A stretch of DNA of 62,857 nt from Chiloscyllium plagiosum (taxonomy: Eukaryota). Position 1 is the first letter of the stretch, and the number at the start of each line of letters is the position of its first letter. The stretch spans positions 22,585,342 through 22,648,198 of the forward strand of contig NC_057719.1 of NCBI RefSeq assembly GCF_004010195.1. Reading direction: 5' to 3'. The notes beneath the pieces are model-generated. The model was not told the origin of the DNA and ran no database searches. It saw nothing but the letters and a program-made list of their open reading frames with translations. Position numbers and translations under genes: made by a program. Positions 36,441-51,365 of the stretch are shown here, piece after piece.

Positions 36441-38479
36441 CCTTAAATGATTGCAATGATCTGTAATGGCTGAAATGGTAGTGATACGGGTTCATTGTAA
36501 ATATTTATCAAGTATGAAACATTACTAAAGGAAAACTAATTGTTAGGCTGTGGAGAAAGATCAGGGAAGTGGAATTCATTGGGTTATTCTTTCAGTGCAC
36601 CAGTGTAAGCATGATGGGTGAAATGACAAATTCCATCCTGTGTAGTTAACATGATTTAATGAATTACTTCTCTCAAAAGGTCATGGACCTGGCAATGGAT
36701 TACCCCAGAGTGCTATGGACAACAGTCCACTGAATAAATTTAAGGAGGAGATAGATTTTTAATGTATAATGTGTCAAAGGTTATAGGGAGCAGGCAGAAT
36801 AGTGGAGTTACAGGCGGGATGAGATCAGCCATGGTTGTACTAACTGATGGAGCAGGCCTGAAGGGCTGAATTACCAGCTCTTGCATCTAGCTGTTAAGTT
36901 TTTATGATTAAATTTGATATTGAATTTGAGAGAGGGAAGGGAGAATCACAAACCACAGGTCTCTATTCAGGAACTGTTAGTGCACAGTTAACAAATAAAA
37001 TAAGAAAATATCGAAGTAATGTAGGCTGACAATTATGTGCAAAAGTGGAAATTAAGCAGACTGTGAAATGTATGAACAGCAGCACAGTACTGCAAAGAAA
37101 ATGGTAAGATGTACAAACATGAATTTTATGAGAACACCTGCATGTTACATTAAAGCTAACAACAAGGCTTTGTGTGAAGAGTGAGGGGTTGGGGAAAGAG
37201 AAATTGGTCCACATTGAAGATGAATGCTCAAGTTATAATGATGGAACTAGCATCCTTATTAAATAAAGTCTTCATATTCACTTTTGCAGTAGCAGAGGAG
37301 AACAAAATATTGACGTAAAAATAACTCTTAAGAGGACCAGTGTAACATAAGTAAAATAATTATAATGAAGAAAATAATGAGGCAAGTGAGAGAAACCTGA
37401 AGTATTCAATGATTTTTCGCATTGAAAGACATAGGTGAGGAAGTTGAAATTGCATTAGGAATAATTTTTCAAAGCTCATTTAATTTTAATTTGATGAGAG
37501 CCAAGTTGGATAGCCTCAGAAATGGATGCAGGCATTATAATGCACATTTGCTGTCCTTTTGCTGTCATGCACCTTTCTAGATACATTCTTAATCAACCTG
37601 TTCAAAGATGTTATTACACACCTCTGGAGCAGATAGAGTTTTGAACCCAGACCTCCTAGATTAGGGGTTACCTAATTAGCATCACCACTGTGCCACAAAA
37701 GCCCAAAAGTCACAGTTATTTTATAACCTCTCTCATTGCAATGATCTCTGCATCAAATCGATAATATCTAAGCTTCCTATTTATTTGGTGAATAGCAGAG
37801 GACTAACGTTGTTAAACTGCATCTCTTAAAGGGGAATTCAATTGCATTTGGAACAGTTGCTAGCAGTCATTGATGAAGAGGATTTGATCGGAGTAGAAAA
37901 GAATGCTACAATGGGGAAGAGGCCCAATGGTTTTCAGATACTTCAGTAAGGCCATGGAGAAGATGGAAAGGAGGTCAGAAGAAGGCCCTCGAATCACATG
38001 CTGATATGCTAGCAGATATCCCTGGAAATCAATACCAAAATCTAAAAATCTGGAAACAATGTTGCAGAAAGTTCAAAGATGTGATAATTACACATTCAAG
38101 TGCAATATCCCTCCAACTGTATTACTGCTCAATCCCCCACACTGCCATCAATCAGGCTTTATAACTAACATTCTTCACCTCATCTGTATATTGCTCAAGT
38201 CTCCCATCCACATTTCACAGGTCACTCACTATGCCAGGTTTGGACTCCGAGAATCACATCAAACAGACTGCATGACATTCATTGACATACTTACCTCTTT
38301 TGGGTGTGAGAAGGTGACCCAAAATCATAAACAGCAGAAGTAAACCAAAAGAAAACAGGTGCTCCCTACTCTGCTGAGGAAGTGCTGCTGCTTATTTCTG
38401 AAAAGGCCATTGCTGAGATACTGGAAAGTAATGGAGCTGACAGTATTGAAGCTGATAATATCTGCATGCCTGGTAACAT

Positions 38480-39060
38480 AGGAACTTAGGAGCATGGGTA
38501 AACCATAGGTCTATTGAGTTACTGTGTCATTCACAACAATAATGGCTGAATATCCACTTCAATGTCTCTTTTCCACACTATCACTATTTCTCCTTATGTC
38601 ATTGGTAATCAGAAATCTGTCACACTCTACATTAAATATTCAAAATGAACTTCTATAGCCCTCTGCGATAGCAGACAAGTAAACATATTTCTCCTCATTT
38701 TGGTGTGATACCCCTTATTGTGAAGTTGTGGACTCTCACTCCAGAATCCTCAACCAGGGGAAAGATCTTACTTACATCTATCCTTTAAGTACCTTGTAAG
38801 TTTCAATGAGATCACCTTTCAAAACTCTTGAGAATACAGGCTTAATATTCTAAACACCACTTCATAAGAAAGTCTCACCATGAATAAGTCTGGAGAACGT
38901 TTGTTGCACTTCCTCCAAGGCAATCATGTACTTCCTCAGGTACCATAACTGCACACAGTATTTCAGGTGCTGTCTAACCAAGCTTCTACATGCTCCTGGA
39001 CTTAAATCTTCTTGTAATAAAGGTTAACATACCATTTGTCTTCTTAATTGCCTGCTCTCC
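38480..39060 (-). mobile_element. Old CR1 3' fragment
   Basis: EQAIKKTNGMLTFITRRF on the minus strand. Confidence 0.65.
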
Positions 39061-40689
39061 GTACCAAGACAGAGTTGTAGAGATATACAGCATGGAAAAA
39101 GACCTTTCGATCCAACTTGTCCAAGCTGAAATCATTGCAATGTTACATGATGATGTAACAAGTATGGAATAGTGCATTTCTGGATTAATGTGCCATGCAC
39201 AGTTGCCATAATCCAGAAGGCAGGACTAATATTCTGAGGATATGGGTTTGGATCCCACGACAGAATGTGACATTTGAATTCAATAAAAGTCAGGAATTAT
39301 TGAAAGAAATTCAAAAGAGGTTCAAGTAGGAGAATTGCTCCCTAAATACCTTGTCCAAATGTAGCCTTCTGCTGAAAGCTCCTCAACCACTTTTCATCCT
39401 CCTTCTTCCAGCAATTTATTCTACACCACGGAACCTCTTCCTACTTTCCAGGGAATGCCTCCTACTGCAGATTGGGAGCATACAGAAGCCTTGATGTCCA
39501 CACCAATTCAGACATCACCCAACAGACAATTCACAGCAGATCTTTGAAACTAGAAATGATTGGGAAAAGTGGCAAACACTTACAGAATCATAGCAATAGG
39601 CTGAAGAAATCAAATAACAGATAACCTGTGAGTATTCAAAGATGCCTTTAAATAGTACTGCAGTGTAGTGCAAAGGAAAGCATTCTTCTTTTTTATTAAC
39701 ACATGTTCAGCTAATTGAAAAAAAAGCTCTGTTTGGATTGTTAATCCTCTAAATGACTGAGCCAGTTAACAAAATGATCCACCTCTTCCAACAGGCATTC
39801 ACAGCATGTATACCAATACCCACACCAATATGGCATACCACATGATTTGTGCCGTGAGTGTACACGTGTGTGTCTTATAGACACAATTTAGATCTTCAGG
39901 GACACTTGTGGCATCCAGAAATTTGCCCAATTTATTCCTCCATATCTTTTGATTTAAAAATTGCAATGATCACTCTAAGATTTACAATGGATTGAGAAAA
40001 CGAGTAAATAGATTTGAAACAGCAGTAATGGGGAATTTAATGAAATCAATTAACAGAGGCAGTGTGATCATGCTTTTGATCAAATATCAATTGATCAAAG
40101 TGATTCTGCCCGAAGTTTCTCAGGGCAGAGTGTACCTGACAAATGGAGTTGAATTTTTGAGGGGATCACTAGCATGGTGGAGGGACGAATGTTGTTGCGA
40201 TATTGTTTACAAAAACGAATGTGCACAGAATTAAAAGTAAGCTTATGGCATGGGTGCGGGATTACTTGGGAAGAAAGAAAACTAGAAGTAAAAACAAAAA
40301 GGTCTTTTTTCTTCTGATTGGCAGGATGTAACAGATGATGTTCTGGCAGAATCGGTTTTAAAAATTGCTGGCAGGGATTAATAAACAAAAACAAGGAAAA
40401 GATGCACTATAGAGAATGTGTTAAATGAGAGGAGGTTGTAAGGGTATATTTTAGTTTTGTCTTTGATCAACTGCTTATGATATTTTTCATGTTAATTTTA
40501 CTATAAAGTTCTGTAAAATCATATATTCCCTGACATATTGTGAATAATGTAATAGGAGGTTTATTCATTTATAAATACTTCACTGCAGATGTCATCCTGC
40601 AAGCATCATATTTGATTTCATAAAGGTAAGAAAACCTTTTGATTTTTTATTGTGAGCAGGACACATGTTTTATGTACCACCTGTGACTG

Positions 40690-42040
40690 CAGTAGCCAAT
40701 GTTACGTGAATATTCAAAAAGGGAGTTAGAGAGAAACCAGGGAATTATAGACCAGTACGCCTAACATCGGTGGTGCAGAAAATTCTCTAATCCAGTATCA
40801 AGGACTTTATAGTGGAGCATTTAGAAAGCAGTGGCATATCAGACAAAGTCAGCATGGATTTATGAAGGGGAAATGATCCTTGATAAATCTGTTAGAATTC
40901 TGTGAAGATGTAACCAGGAGATGTAACCCTCTCATGAGGGAGCCAGTCGATGTGGTATATTTGGACTTTCAGAAAGCGTGTGACAAAGTCCCGCATAAGA
41001 GATTATTGTGCAAGATTAAATCTTATGGAATTGGGGGAAGTGTGTTAAAATGGACAGAAAACTGATTGGCAGAGAGGAAACAAAGGAGGAATTAATGGGT
41101 TCTTTTCAAATTGGCCGGCAGTAACTGGTGGGGTGCCACAGGGATCAGTGCTCAGACCCCATCTATTCACAATATATATTAATGATTTGGATGACGGAAC
41201 AAAAATGAAACATCTCAAAGTTTGCAGATGATACCAAGTTGGATAAGAGGGTGAACTGTGACGGGTTTGCAGAGGTGCTTCAGCTTGATCTGGACAGGTT
41301 GGGTGAGTGGGCAAAGCAATGGCAGATGCAGTGTAATTTGGATAAATGCAAGGTTATTGACTTTGGAAGTAAAAACAAGAAGGCAGATTACTATCTGAAT
41401 GGGTGTAAACTGGGAGAGAGGAGTATGCAGTGCAGCTGAGGGTCCTTCTGCACTGGTCACTGAAGGTAGGTATGCAGGTGCAGCAGGTGGTAAAGAAGGC
41501 AAATGATACCTTCAAATGGTCTTCATTGCCAGAGGTTTTGAGTAAAGGAACAGGGATGTGTTGTGGCAGTTTTACAGGGCCTTGGTGAGGCCTCAGTTTG
41601 AATACTGTGTGCAGTTTGGTCTCCTTTTCTGAGAAAGGATACTCTTGTTCTCAAGGGTGTGCAAGGAATGTTTACCAGCCTGATTCTGGGGATGGCAGGA
41701 CCGACATATGAGGAGAGATCGGCTAGGTTAAGTTTGTTTTCACTGGAGTTCAGATGGGTGAGAGGAGATCTCATAGAGACTTATAAAGTTTGAACAGGAC
41801 TAGACAAGAATGATGTTCTTGACATGGTGCAACCAGAACCAGGGATTATAGTCTGAGGATTCGGGGTGGACCATTCAGGATGGAGACATTTCTTCACCCA
41901 AAGAGTGGTGGACCTGTGAAATTCATTGCCACGTGAAGTAGTTGATGCCAAAGCATTGAATGTATTCAAGGGGTGGCTAGATGTAGCAATTGGGGTGAAT
42001 AGGACCAAAGGTTATGGGGAGAAAGCAGGATTAGGCTATT
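40690..42040 (+). mobile_element. Decayed CR1 RT/3' fragment
   Basis: [29 protein letters not shown] and KFADDTKL. Confidence 0.88.
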
Positions 42041-42042
42041 GC

Positions 42043-42570
42043 CAATAGACAATAGGTGCAGGAGTAGGCCATTCTGCCCTTCAAGCCAGCACCACCATTC
42101 ATTATGATCATGGCTGATCCTCAAACAGTATCCTGTTCCTGCCTTATCCCCATAACCCATGATTCCACTATCCTTAAGAGCTCTATCCAACTCTTTCTTG
42201 AAAGTATCCAGAGACTTGGCCTTCACAGCCTTATTTTTAAACTGTGCCCTCTGGTTCGGGACTCACATCAGCGGAAACATTCTTCCTGCTTCCAGAGTGT
42301 CCAATCCTTTAATAATCTTATACGTCTCAATCAGATCCCCTCTCAGCCTTCTAAACTCAAGGGTATACAAGCCCAGTTGCTCCAATCTTTCAGCGTAAGA
42401 TAGTCCTGCCATTCCGGGAATTGACCTCGTGAAACTACGTTGCACTCCCTCAATAGCCAGAATGTCTTTCCTCAAATTTGGAGACCAAAGCTGCGCACAA
42501 TATTCCAGGTGCGGTCTCACCAGGGCCCTGTACAGCTGCAGAAGGACCTCTTTGCTTCTATACTCAATTG
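42043..42570 (-). mobile_element. CR1 3' fragment
   Basis: LYRALVRPHLEYCAQLWSP. Same subfamily as 49135-49725. Confidence 0.88.
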
Positions 42571-42907
42571 AGTTGGACAATCAGCCGTGATTGTGATGAA
42601 TGGCGGAGCAGGATTTAAGGGCAGAATGGCCTCCCCTGTTCCTATCTTCAATGTTTCTATGCTTCTATGAAGTCATGGCTTCTCAGTCAGATAGTTCTAT
42701 GCTCAATACTCAGTCCAGATGTTTGAATATAGATGCGAGACTGATTCTGCGTGCAGAACTTTGAAGGTGCTGCATTATCAGAGAGGTGTTCATTAAGGTG
42801 AAATGCCAAATTGATATTCTGTCTGCCAAGTTGGTTGAATGGCATTACTTGAAAGATTTGTGTGCTCTCCCTGTTATCCCAGAATCAATCCCACAATGAC
42901 AAAACAG

Positions 42908-43735
42908 GTCATAGAGATGTACAGCATGGAAACAGACCCTTCAGTCCATGCCGACCAGATATCCCAACCCAATCTCGACCCACCTGCCTGCACCCGGCCC
43001 ATATCCCTCCAAACCCTTCCTATTCATATACCCATCCAAATGCCTCTTCAATGTTGCAATTGTACTAGCCTCCACCATATCCTCGGGCAGCTCATTCCAT
43101 ACACGTACCACCCTCTGCGTGAAAAAGTTGCCCCTTAGGTCTCTTTTATATCTTTCCCCTCTCACCCTAAACCTATCCCCTCTAGTTCTGGACTCCCCGG
43201 TCCCAGGGAAAAGACTTTGCCTATTTATCTTATCCATGCCCCTCAATTTTGTAAACATCAATAAGGTCACCCCTCAGCCTCCGACGCTCCAGGGAAAACA
43301 GCCCCAGCCTGTTCAGCCTCTCCCTGTAGCTCAGATCCTCCAACCCTGGCAACATCCTTGTAAATCTTTTCTGAACCCTTTCAAGTTTCACAACATCTTT
43401 CCGATAGGAAGGAGACCAGAATTGCATGCAATATTCAAACAGTGGCCTAAACCAATGTCCTGTACAGCTGCAACATGACCTCCCAACTCCCGTACTCAAT
43501 ACTCTGACCAATAAAGGAAAGCCTTCTTCACTATCCTATCTACCTGCGACTCCACTTTCAAGGAGCTATGAACCTGCACTCCAAGGTCTCTTTGTTCAGC
43601 AACACTCTCTAGGACCTTACCATTAAGTGTATAAGTCCTGCTAAGATTTGCTTTCCCAAAATCCAGCACCTCGCATTTATCGCAATTAAACTCCATCTGC
43701 CACTTGTCAGCCCATTGGCCCATCTAGTCCAGATC
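42908..43735 (-). mobile_element. CR1/HER1 3' fragment
   Basis: GQWADKWQMEFN and LERVQKRFTRMLPGL. Confidence 0.92.
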
Positions 43736-45039
43736 CTGTCACCCAGTCATTGTTCCATTGCTGTTTGTTGGACCTTACTGAGTGCCAATTGGCTGTTGTT
43801 CTTCCCCTACTCCAACGGTGATTAAGCTTCAAAAGTACCCCATTGCCTGCAAAAGATTTTTATGGTTCTAAAGTTCCCATTTGTAGAGAGGCATTTGGTC
43901 TCGAGCTTCCTCATCTACGTTTGCATGGATGGGAATGGACAGGGCATGGTTTATGCAAGTGCTTTTTTTTTTAAAGAGGCAGCTGGCCATTGGTCTCATA
44001 CTTGAATCGATTGAAATGGGATTTTGCTCACCTCACAAAAAGAAATTTGAAGTAATCAGATGAGACCTGAAAAGAGCATGCCTGACTTTGCGGATTTATT
44101 TGGATAGCCATTTGGAACATGAAAGCAGCTATCCCTTTTTGGTCTGCCCAAGGCTACTTTTGGCAGAGGGATTGTTAAAAAGTATCCTTTGGTGCTGTTA
44201 AAAGTAGGCATAAATGTGCATAAAAAGCCAAGTGAACTGTCTACATACTCAGCAAAATCAATTGTCAGAATTATCAAAAGCACTTGTCAAGAGGACCTGT
44301 CAAAAATGTCAAACATTCCCATCAAAAGAATTGTTAAGCTCTTGATGCATTTAAAAGTCTTGCCATTTAAATGTTTGAAAAAGAAGTGTAAAGTGTTAAA
44401 AATAAAGTATAAGGGTATGTACATTTGAATAAGTTGCTTGTAGTGATGAGACTTTATGTTAATATACAAAATATGATGAGTCATCTTATTTAATACAATG
44501 AACTCTGCAACTATATCCATTTTCCTGCTTGTCTCAGAAATGTGGACAAGTAAAAAGTTGAGAGAAAATAGAGGACTTTATAATGTTGATGTTAACATCT
44601 GTGCTATGAATTGCCTCTAAAGATCAGAGACAGATAGAGGTTTATTTGTACTTGCAAGAGGTAAATGAACACAAGAAAGTGACATCCTAGAAAACTAAGT
44701 GTCAGGTAAGCAGAAAGAGGAGTTGGCCTAGTGGAGATAAATGATAAATGTTGCAATGTAGTTGCACATAAGCTACATTAAAGTTATGAGGATGGTGCAA
44801 GAAAGACAAGTGTGACATCCCTGTTAGTAGTTCTCCTGTTTGGAGTAGCTTCAAGCAGGAGTAATAGCAGCATAAATCTACAGTCGACAATTCAAATTTT
44901 CATGAGTAAAACTTTGTTTTGTCTAATCTCTGCATTTGTCTCAAGGTTTGCCTGTGGAGGATATTAGGTGTGTTGGCATGATAGGTGTAAGGGGAAAATA
45001 AGTTCAGTAGGGAGAATATGCAGGCATGAGATATGCGAG

Positions 45040-45960
45040 CAAAAGAGGTATAGTTAGTAAGTTTGCAGATAACACCAAGGTTGGAGGTGTCATGCACAGT
45101 GAAGAAAGTTATTTCAGATTACAACTGGATCTTGATCAGATGGGCCAATGGGCTGAGATTTGGCAGATGGAGTTTTCTTTAGAGATATGTGAGGTGCTGC
45201 ATTTTGGGAAAGCAAATCTTAGCAGGACTTGTACACTTAATGTAAGGTGCTAGGCAGTGCTGCTGAACAAAGAGACCTTGGAGTGCAGGTTCATAGTTCC
45301 TTGAAAGTGGAGTTGCAGGTAGATAGGATAGTGAAGAAGGCATTTAGTATGCTTTATTGGTCAGAGTATTGAGTACAGGAGTTAGGCGGCTGTACAGGAC
45401 ATTGGTTAGGCCCCTGTTGGAGTATTGTGTGCAATTCTGGTTTCCTTCCTATTGGAAAGATGTTGTGAAACTTGAAAGGGTTCAGAAAAGATTTACAAGG
45501 ATGTTGCCGGGGTTGGAGGATTTGAGCTATAGGGAGAGGTTGAATAGACCAGGGCTGTTTTCCCTGGAGTGCGGAGGCGGAGGGGTGACCTTATAGATGT
45601 TTATAAAATCATGATGGGCATGGATAGGGTAAATAGACAAAAATCTTTCCCCTGGGCCCGGGGAGTCCAGAACTGGAGTGCATAGGTTTAGGGTGAGAGG
45701 GGAAAGATATAAAAGGGCAACTTTTTCACACAGAGTGTCGTACGTGTATGGAATAAGCTGCCAGAGGAAGTGGTGGAGGCAGATACAATTGCAACATTTA
45801 AAAAGCATCTGGATGGGTATATGAATAGGAAGGGTTTGGAGGGATATGGGCCAGATGCTGGCAGGTGGGACTAGATTGGGTTGGGATATCTGGTCGGCTT
45901 GAACAAGTTGGACCGAAGGGTCTGTTTCTATGCTGTATACCTGTACGACTCTATGACTGT
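45040..45960 (+). mobile_element. CR1/HER1 3' fragment
   Basis: VSKFADNTKVGG and LYRTLVRPLLEYCVQFW, with a GACTCTATGACT tail. Confidence 0.92.
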
Positions 45961-46075
45961 ATGAGTTGATACTAATTTGGCCTGGGACTATACAGGGTCA
46001 TGGTGTGGATAACAGGGCAGGAATATCTATAAATTTGTTTCATGTTGACATGAAAGAAAGTCATAGATATTTATT

Positions 46076-46280
46076 CATAGAGTCCCTACAGTCTGGAAAC
46101 AGGCCATTTGACCCAACAAGTCTGCATTGACCCTCCAGAGACTAACCCACCCAGACCTATTCCCCTACTCTATTACTCTATATTCACCCCTAAACTACAC
46201 ATCCCTGAACACAATGGGTAATTTAGCATGGTCAATTCATCTAACCTTCACATTTTGGATTGTGGGAGGAAACCCATGAG
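46076..46280 (-). mobile_element. HE1-type SINE, partial
   Basis: Tail and part of the V-domain only. Confidence 0.7.
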
Positions 46281-47312
46281 GAGACTTCATGTATTGGAGG
46301 GAATTGGAACCATAGCAGATGGGTGGGGTATTGTAGCAATGTATGGGGGTTAAGGGCCATAAGGGGTAGTTAAAGGAATAGGAGGCATGAGTAACATGAG
46401 AGACTATGTGGATGAGGGCTTGATATTGTTGGTATGGATGTTGAATGGGTGAATGGTGTGGTGGGTGAGGGTACATGAAAGTTGAGAGTTAGTGTTTTTT
46501 TTTGTTTTAATCATTTTTAAAGTAAATTAAACACAGCATACCTCCATCTTGGCATCCAGAAATCTCTGCTCTCCTTATGGAATCTACACTCTGGAATGAA
46601 AATCTAACCATCATTTTCCATTTTCCTGGATCAGGTTTACAGAGCCAGGAAATGTCCCGTACCTGGGAAGAAAAATCAAGGCCTGTTTTTTTCCCTCTTT
46701 AGAAGAAACTGCTTCCAAAATTCTTAACCTCAACAACTGCAAACTTCCAAACAGCTACAACCCTCTGAGTTCCCACGAGTGGGTTCATTTGACCTAAAAG
46801 GACCTGCTCAATTACCGACTCAATGTCATGCCCCTGCTCTAGACGCTAAACAACCTGTGAGTAATACTCAAAATCCTCCACCCCAATGTTTACAATTAGG
46901 ACAGAAGGGTCATTTGACCAAAATTATCAGTTTTATGATTTGCATGGGAAAGAAAATAGAATCATGAATAAAATCCCACAAGTGCAGGTGAAAATCTTTG
47001 ATGATCCAATAATCTCATGTAATAAAAAAACTTCCTTTTTCAGTTTGCAAATCGATTGCATCACAGAATGCGATCCATCACCTACCAGTAAAAATCTCAG
47101 AATTGTCATGAAAACAGACATCAACCAATGTGAAAAAAATCCCTGACTCCGACTTCTAAAAACCTCTGTGCTCACCTGTCCTCATGCCTCTTCATGCTTC
47201 TCAATGCCAATTTTTGTTTGATAATGCTCTACTGAAGTGCTTTGTGATGGTAAGTAACCATAAGCTGTTACGTTGCTATTTAGCAAGATGAAATTTTCAC
47301 TCAGTAATAAGT

Positions 47313-47540
47313 TCATAGAATCCTAGAATCCCTACAGTTTGGAATCAGGCCATTTGGCCCATTGTGTCCAGATCGACCCTCTGAAGAGCATCCCACCCAG
47401 ACCCACTCGCGCTCCACTATTCCTGTAACCCTGTATAATCCACCTAACCTCCACATTCCTGGACAATTTAGTATGGCCAATCCACCTAGTCTGCACATTA
47501 TTGGACTGTGGGAGGAAACCCACGATGTGCAAACTCCATA
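47313..47540 (-). mobile_element. HE1-type SINE, partial
   Basis: CTGCACATTATTGGACTGTGGGAGGAAACC. Confidence 0.8.
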
Positions 47541-49134
47541 CTGGCAAAATGTAAGTTGTTTTGTGCAGCAGTGAAACTGCAAAGGCTACTGTTTCAAGCT
47601 GGTTTTATTTTCATGTTCTTACATACTAATAAAGCTTAATTGTGACAATAAGGCTGAAATCCTTTTTGTTTTTGGAAACAACTCTGACTGTGTCACCCAG
47701 CAACCAAGTCTTTTCTTCAGTAGCATTAAAATGCAGATAGTAATACATCTCTGAAAACAAATTTGTTTGTCACCAAAAATCAGAAGTAGTAAATCCAGTC
47801 ATAAACCTCCGACACTATCTGAAACTAGGAACAGATGGCTGCCTGTGCCTATTGATCAGAAGAACAAACGAACTAGGAGCAGGAGTTGGCCATCTGGCCC
47901 TTCAATCCTGCTCTGCCATTCAATAAGATCATGGCTGATCTTTTTGTGGCCTCAGCTGCACTTCCCTGCCCTCTCACTGCAACCCTTAATTCCTTTACAG
48001 TTCAAAACATTACCTATCTTAGCTTTAAATACATTCAATGAGGAAGCCTCAACTAGTTTAGTAAGTCTAAATACACCACATTTACTGGGTCCCTGTTGTC
48101 CACTGTGCTTGTAATGTCTTCATAGAATTCCAGTGGATTCCATGACCTGCCTTTCATGAAGATTAACCAGAAGGTTAACACTGTCAAAGGAAATAGCTAC
48201 AAGTGCTACAGGGATAAGGTTAACCTTGTCCACGTGGTAACAAAGTGATGGGAGTTGTTTGGCCACCCAGTTTAAACTCTACATAATTTACCATTTAGGA
48301 CTTCAACGTTACATCATAATTAATTGTTAAAGATTTATTGAAGCTTGTGCATCTGTCTACTGGCTTCAGTTGGACTCTTCAGAACCTGTTCCATCATTCA
48401 ATTAGTTCAATTGGCACTAGTTGGGTTCATGCTAAATTCATCAGTGGATAAAGTTAATAATTGCAAGATTATGAAAGAACAAGTTAATATGTTCCTATGA
48501 GATTCCTTTGTTTATCCTTTCATTAAAATCACAGATTTTTTTCACCATATGGATTGGTAGGATGCATGTTGAACTCAAGATTATGAAACAAGTATTCATC
48601 GGAATGTCATGACTAGATTTCTCATGCCTACAGTTCTTCAATATTTAATGTGGAAATATTAAACAGCTTAAAATCATGAAGATTCAAGGCAGATTTTAAG
48701 CAGAGTAGGCAATTAGGAGGGAGATAAGACTGAAAGCCTGAAATTTCACATTTGCAAATATTTCTAGCAATTGTTCATGAAGAATGTTATTTTCAGTGAA
48801 AACAATTTTTGGTTCAACAGTTAAGGAGGTAAATCACAAAATATACTGCTTTTGACACAGTGCTTCAAATGGTAGCAGAACATTTCCTGGCAGCAACAAG
48901 CAGGTTAGGAGATTAAAAATCAGATCAGAACATGGGAAAGCAAATGGAAGGAACAATAGGAAGAAGGTTCAAGGTTTCCGGCTCATGAGGATGTAACTTC
49001 TGGCCCTGATTTTTGCCATGATGGAAAGAATCTTGATTGCGGTGAATATGTTGGAAGGGTTCGTGGATCCAAAGTCCAATTGCAGTTAGGAACTCTCCTC
49101 CTACCACTTGAAGCACCTGTATTTTTCATTTTAG

Positions 49135-49725
49135 ACAATAGACAATAAGTGCAGAAGTAGGCCATTCTGCCCTTTGAGCCTGCACCACCATTCAATGTGA
49201 TCATGGCTGATCATCCTTAATCAGTATCCTGTTCCTGCCTTATCCCCATAACCCTTGATTCCACTGTCCTTGAGCTCTATCCAACTCTTTCTTAAATGAA
49301 TCCAGAGACTGGGCCTCCACTGCCCTCTGAGGCAGAGCATTCCACACAGCCACCACACTCTAGGTGAAGAAGTTTCTCCTCATCTCTGTCCTAAATGGTC
49401 TACCCCTTATTTTTAAGGTGTGTCCTCTGGTTCGGCACTCACCCATCCGCGGAAACATGCTTCCTTGCTCCAGAATGTCCAATCCTTTAATAATCTTATA
49501 TGTCTCAATCAGATCCCCTCTCAGTCTTCTAAACTCAAGGGTATACAAGCACAGTCGCTCCTATCTTTCAGAGTAAGGTAGTCCCGCCATTCCAGGAATT
49601 GACCTCGTGAACCTACGCTGCACTCCCTCAATAGCCAGAACGTCTTTCCTCAAATTTGGAGGCCAAAACTGCACACAATACTCCAGGTGTGGTCTTACCA
49701 GGGCCCTGTACAGCTGCAGAAGGAC
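49135..49725 (-). mobile_element. CR1 3' fragment
   Basis: YTLEFRRLRGDLIETYKIIKG with a (TTGTCTA)n tail. Confidence 0.88.
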
Positions 49726-50179
49726 TTGGTTGGGCAGTGCACCATAGTTTGTACAGGTGCAGATCCTGGAGGTATTTCAATGAGCTGTTCCGCTGAAATC
49801 TGATTTAGAGTTTCTGGTATCTAGAACTGAGAGCGTGGATTGGTCCATGTTAGAGCAGGTCTGTCCACAACTCATTCATTGCGAGCTGAGATTCCTCTGA
49901 GGTATGGTCCCAGGACACTGGTTGAGCCAGGGATCAATGAGTGGGTGTCAGGGATAATTTAAATATGTTCCTTTTGGGATGGTTAGGTATGGAGGAGATG
50001 GTGTACAAATGGTGCATTAACTCCTTGGAACTGTCCAACCTGTCTAGACCTGTGAAGAACTGTCTAGATGTGTCAACAAGCGTTGAACTGTCAAGAAGAA
50101 GAAGTATACAGAAGTGACCACAAGTGTCGAGACCTGTGAAAAAGAGTCCAGAAGAGCCAACGTGTTGACCTGTGAGGAA

Positions 50180-50492
50180 CGGCAAGGTGGCACAGTGGTT
50201 AGCACTGCTGCCTCACAGTGCCAGAGACCCAGGTTCAATTCCCACCTCAAGCAACTGTGTGTGGACTTTGCACATTCTCTCCGTGTCTGCATGAGTTTCC
50301 TCCAGGTGCTCCGGTTTCCTCCCACAGCCCAAAAATGTCCAAGTTAGGTGAATTGGCCACGCTAAATTGCCCATAGTGTTAGGTGAAGGGGTAAATGTAG
50401 GGGAATGGGTCTGGATGGGTTGCTCTTCAGAGGGTTGGTGTGGACTTGTTGGGACCAAGGGCCTGTTTCCATACTGTAAGTAAGTAATCTAA
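50180..50492 (+). mobile_element. HE1-type V-SINE
   Basis: GGTGGCACAGTGGTTAGCACTGCTGCCTCACAG head. Confidence 0.9.
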
Positions 50493-50969
50493 AGTATCAA
50501 AATGTGGATCCTTAAAACAATTGCCATGGTATTGAAGGAGGAAAGAGTAGTCTGTGGAAGCAAGGAAGAAGTCAGCTTAGGGGTATAAGGCACAAGGGGA
50601 GATAGGTCCAGTGACAGTGACATAGGGTGACATAGTGGTTGAAGGGGCGATTGGGAAGGGTAGAGGGTATCAGCTGCATAGGTTTGCACATATGGGGCAT
50701 GTGGACTGTGAGAGTGTGAAAAGAAATAGTGAGGCCAGACATATGTTTTATATAATTTCTCTGTCTGAGAGAGAAGGTAGTCCATTGGATCTGATCCTTG
50801 GACAGCTTTGGTGGAGGTAAGGTTTGTTAAAGACATATTTAAAGGTGCATTAATTCACTGGGACTGGCAAAGTTGTCAAGTAACCATCCAAAAAAAAAGT
50901 AAGTGTTAAAAACATTCAGTGCTTGGCATTCCAGAATGTCTTTTGTCACAGAACAATTTGTGCTGCCAA

Positions 50970-51365
50970 ACAGCTGAGGGGAGATGTTATAGATGTTTAT
51001 AAAATCCATGAGGGGCATGGAGAGGGTAAATAGACAAGGTCTTTTCCCACGGGTGGTGGTGTTCAGAACTGGAGGGCATAGGTTTAGGGTCAGAGGGGAA
51101 AAATTTAAAAGGGACCTTAGGGGCAATTTTTTCATGCAGAAGGTGGTGCATATATGGAATGAGCTGCCAGAGGAAGTAGTGAAGGCTGGTACAATTACAA
51201 CATTTAAAAGGCATCTGAATGAGTATATGAATAGGAAGGTTTTAGAGGGATATGGGCCAAGTGCTGGAAAATGGGACTAGATTAGGTTAGGATGTCTGGT
51301 CTGTGTGGACGAGTTGGATTGAAGGGTCTGTTCCTGTGCTGGACATCGCTATCACTCTGACTCTA
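50970..51365 (+). mobile_element. CR1 3' end fragment
   Basis: RDLRGNFFMQKVVHIWNELP. Confidence 0.88.

Noticed and set aside
37850..38470. Possible Harbinger Myb/SANT remnant
   Set aside because: Only a vague resemblance. No readable motif or terminal inverted repeats.
40589..40625. Possible 37-nt exon (CAG/...AAAG/GTAAG, CHPASIIFDFIK)
   Set aside because: Plausible splice sites, but no partner exons or recognisable protein.
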